Part shown: piece after piece, positions 53,027 to 56,988 of the stretch
Layout of the letters: every line of letters begins with the position of its first letter
Position numbering within the stretch: the stretch's first letter is position 1
Assembly (NCBI GenBank): GCA_051294375.1
Contig: CM119266.1
Coordinates: 12,211,432 to 12,268,419, forward strand
Direction of reading: 5' to 3'
Origin: Paraspadella gotoi
Taxonomy: Eukaryota; Animalia; Chaetognatha
Length of the DNA: 56,988 nt
Notes under the pieces: generated by a model
Databases searched by the model: none
Told to the model about the DNA's origin: nothing
What the model saw: only the letters and a program-made list of their open reading frames with translations
Program-made: the position numbers and the translations under genes

Positions 53027-55141
53027 CCCTCCTTCGTGCTCTCCTGTGACAAACTCTTGTGACAAACTGATTTGTGAGTTTTTGATTTCTTCCCCCAAAT
53101 CTCATTAAGGACGAGGGCGGAAAAAAAAATAATGGAGTCTTGATTAAAGCGCGGAGAAGAATTTTCCCGTTTTTAAATTTAGAAAAAAAGAAAAAAAAAC
53201 GCGAAAAAAAACAAAAGGGAAGCGGTTTTCTCCTGGTGCTTTCTCCTCAAAACCCAGTTTCAGTTTTTCTTTTTCTTTATTTTCTCATTTTTTTTCTTCT
53301 TACTTTTTCCCGGCTTTTATCGCTCGTCTCCTCCCATCTTTCTCATCTCTTTCTTCTTGGTTTTCTCCCTTTTTCACTTTCAAGTTTCACGTTTTCCCCC
53401 CTCTTTCAGTTTTAAATTCCTTTTTATGTCTTAAATCTAACTAAAATTCTCCTTTTCTTTCTTTATTCCCTTTTTAAAATTTCATTCGCGTTAACCAATA
53501 ACCACGTTTCCCGCTCTTTTCTCCTTGACCTCCTTTTCTCTGTTTCTCCATTCTCTCACTCTTCAAATCTCTCTCCTCAACTTTTATCTTCCTTTAATAT
53601 CTGTATCTTCTCCCACTCCTCTCTTTCCACTCCTCTCTTACCACTCCTCTCTTTCCACTCCCACCTTTTCGTTTCACTCTCCTCACTCAAACCCCTCTTC
53701 CTCCTGCTCTTCCTCCTCCCCCTCCTCCTCCTCCTCCTCCGTTCCCTTTCAAGGAACAACTGTTCCCGCTCGAGTTCTCCTGGTTCAAGTATTTAGTTTG
53801 GACTCTTTTCTCCCTTTTTTTTCTTCGGGGGATCTAAACGCTCTTCGTTCCCTTTCGAGTCTTCGTCGTTGCTCTCGTTCGTCGTTTTTCTCGTCGTCGT
53901 TCGTCCTCTTCGTCCTCTTTGTTGTTGCGGTGAATCGTTTATTTTGCGGATTTTCTTCGCTCATCCATCTTGCGATACAAAAAAAAATACATAACCCTTT
54001 TTTTTTCCCTTTTGATGGATCATCCTCTTCGTCGTCATCTTCCTACTCCTCTTCTTCACTTCCTCCTCCTTCTCCTCTCCCCAGAGACCTTGTGTCGTCT
54101 TATTCTCCTCCTCCTCCTCCTCTTCCTCCTCCTTCCCCCTTTATGTCTTCCCCCCTCTCTCCCTTCCCCCACTCCGCCCCCTCATCATCTCTCTCGATCT
54201 CGATCGGTCACTTTCACTTTGAGTTTCGCATCGATGAGTTTCTTCGTTTTGTTTTTTCTCTCGTTTTCGTCTTCGTCGGATGTTTTTTTTTTCTTTTTTA
54301 AAACCGGTTGCAAGAAAACTCATTTGAACATTAAAATTCTTTTTTTTGCCTAAAAAAATTGTTTCTCAATGAAAAAAAAAACTAACGTGAATAAAAAGTT
54401 GATTGGATTAAGTTTCGCCAACATCATTTTATCTCTTTCACATTTAATCATCTCACATTTAATCACATCATATTTTTTTGTGATCTTAATTTTGATCATT
54501 TTTTGTGATCTTAATTTTGATCATTTCCTTTCTATATTGAGTTTAACGTTTACTATTATTTTTTTAACCTTTCGTGGTGATTTATTAGTCCTCATTTAAT
54601 CACTTTTTTTTCTTTACGCGGAAGGGAAAACGAAACACAAAAATCTATAACCAAAACAAAGTTCTCCAAAAAAATATCTTTTTCATAAACTCAGTCCTCG
54701 ACAAAGACCGATCAATTTTTTTCCCGCCAATTTTTTCTTAAAATTTTCGCCCCATCGTTCACGACTCTTTTTTTTCTCTCGTTGCGTCCGTATATTTTTA
54801 TAACCGCGAAACGCAATAACAAATATCCAACCATACTGATGATAAATTTTTGAAATTTCACGCTTGCGAATATATATTTCGTTGAAATTTCACTGTTTCA
54901 CATTTAAAAATGCAAAACGTTTTATCGTTTTACAAGTAAAACCCGAACATCGTTAGTCTTTTCGACTTTTCATTGCAAATTACTACCTGGATTTTATAAC
55001 TGCGTATTTTCTCCCCGGACCTTGTTTTATCGCTGCGGTGGTAAGTTTTTTTCTTAAATTTTTAGATTCTTTATAATTATTCAATTGGCAAAGACTATAA
55101 AAAACTTGTTCGGTATCGCAAAGAGAGAGAGAGAGAGAGAT

Positions 55142-55225
<84 letters not shown>

Positions 55226-56018
55226 GAGATCATTTCCTTCTCTGGCAGGATTATGAATTTAAACAAGAGAATCTTCCTTCTTATTCCCGGGTCTCAAGAT
55301 TTCGGTCCAGGTGGCCGACAGGATCTTGGACCGACAGCTTCTTAGGGGAGCGAAGTCAAGCAAAGCCAAGCAATTCTAGCTCGTTTTCTAAAAACGCAGT
55401 CCCGACAGATTTGTTGCATTTTACCAGCTAAATAAAATATTGATGGACACAGGGTCAAATCCGTTTTAATTAAATCTTAACTATTATACAATATGCACAT
55501 ATAAATGACATACTTAAGTTTTGTGCATGTATATTTTTAATTTTAAGCTTTTACAGGCAGACTTTATCACAAGCAATAATAGCAGAACGAATCAATGACT
55601 GAAAGAACCGCTGCATCAGACATCATTGTCGTTTTGTTTTCATAAAATTGACAACTTCCTGACTTCTTTTCGACGTCATCTTAGTCGTTGTCGTCGTCGT
55701 CGTCGTCGTCGTCGTTAAACAAACTTAAAAGCTTTCAAGTCTTTTGGGTTAAAGAGTCAAGAGATAAGATTTACGTTTATTTCTTGTGAATTTTACGAGT
55801 AAAGAGAATAAATTATCAATGAAGTCAATATTTTTCGGCGATTTTAAGGGAAGTTTCCTTGTAACGGTCTCTCTATAATCCCCGTGGTAGTAAACCAACC
55901 AATTAACACAACTGAAAATGTTAACGTAACAAATAAACTCGCTCCACGAATGGTCACCAGATGATAAGGGACCATTTTTTGCCAACGTGGTTTTATTCTA
56001 TACTTTTTTTACAAGATC

Positions 56019-56095
<77 letters not shown>

Positions 56096-56185
56096 TGCAT
56101 TTATTTCTTCCACCCTATCTCTTCTCTAACCTTCCTTTTGGGATTAGAGTTTTTTACACAAATATTCCGTATGACAGTGCAAGTG

Positions 56186-56236
<51 letters not shown>

Positions 56237-56988
56237 GTCTCTCATTCATCTATCGCCATCTCCTATTAATTGAATGATTGCCAATAATATTCCTTAAAAA
56301 ATCCAAATTTAAAAAAAAAAAATCTTTAAAGGCGGGAAAAAAACGTTTTCTTTTTAAGATTTTTTTTAAAAAAATTTTTCGACCGACTAATATAAACAAA
56401 CGGACTTCAACCGCAAAAATATTTTCAAGCTGCTTTTATATAATTTTTTTTTGGTAGAAGAAAACATAAAGAATTTGATCTTTTGTTTTGATGAAATCAT
56501 AATCCGGCTTCAGTATTTAATTTAAACGCAGAGAGCAATGCCGTTTCTTGGCCGCTTTCGTGCTACGTAACTAATAACTAAATAAAAAACGAACTTCTAG
56601 ATTTGTAAAACATTTTGTTTCCTAATTAATTTTTTTTAAGGATAATCCGATAATGTCCACGTAGAAACTTACCTATCAATTCGTTCTCCGAGGATTAGTT
56701 AACCCGCAGCTCATTTCTCAAAGTTCAACGAATCGTCCCCTTAACCCTTACCCAAAAGTAGACAATTCCCCTTAAAAACAAACCAAAACACCAAAATGGC
56801 GCAAAAAAATACATTGACTCAAAAATTATTCCCACTCGACCCGAAATTCTAGGCTAAACGCTCTTGGGTAAACGGATCCTTTTTCTCCTTACCCTTTTAA
56901 AAACAACGCCCCCCCTTTTGTTTCCTGCGCCACAACGTCTTTTACCCCAAGCCCCTTACCTCACCCTTTTTCTGAACCGACCCGTCTT

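Noticed and set aside
54836-54860. CTGATGA...GAAA hammerhead-like string (also 41109, 35940, and minus-strand 43987)
   Set aside because: No credible stem II/III or cleavage triplet, unlike the motifs at 29842 and 34032.

Overview
Eukaryotic (invertebrate, probably arthropod) genomic DNA. It has AT-rich introns, GC/CpG-rich exons and very dense (AG)n, (TTTC)n and (ACG)n microsatellites, which generate most short ORFs in the track. Six genes were rebuilt by hand with phase-checked splice sites. (1) An 11-exon BAHD1 orthologue (+, 2050-17939) with an apparent 1-nt frame break in exon 5 and a large insertion in the BAH domain. (2) A 6-exon, ~1951-aa repeat-rich orphan protein (+, 20341-27678). 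(3) CYHR1/ZFTRAF1 (-, 28603-32856, 7 exons). (4) An intronless SERTA/IER-like gene (-, 36170-37372). (5) A small four-transmembrane protein (-, 42225-43676). (6) A secreted group-7 mite-allergen-like (TULIP) protein with a GC-AG intron (+, 46170-47515). The most striking non-coding signals are two minimal type I hammerhead ribozyme motifs of the Penelope-like/retrozyme kind. One lies antisense in a CYHR1 intron (29842-29878). The other (34032-34069) lies in an 87-bp-arm hairpin flanked by a 14-bp target-site duplication and nested in a TIR element. Also present are a tRNA-like SINE head, a spacerless palindrome and a probable Helentron-like remnant. All homology calls come from motif recognition, not database searches.
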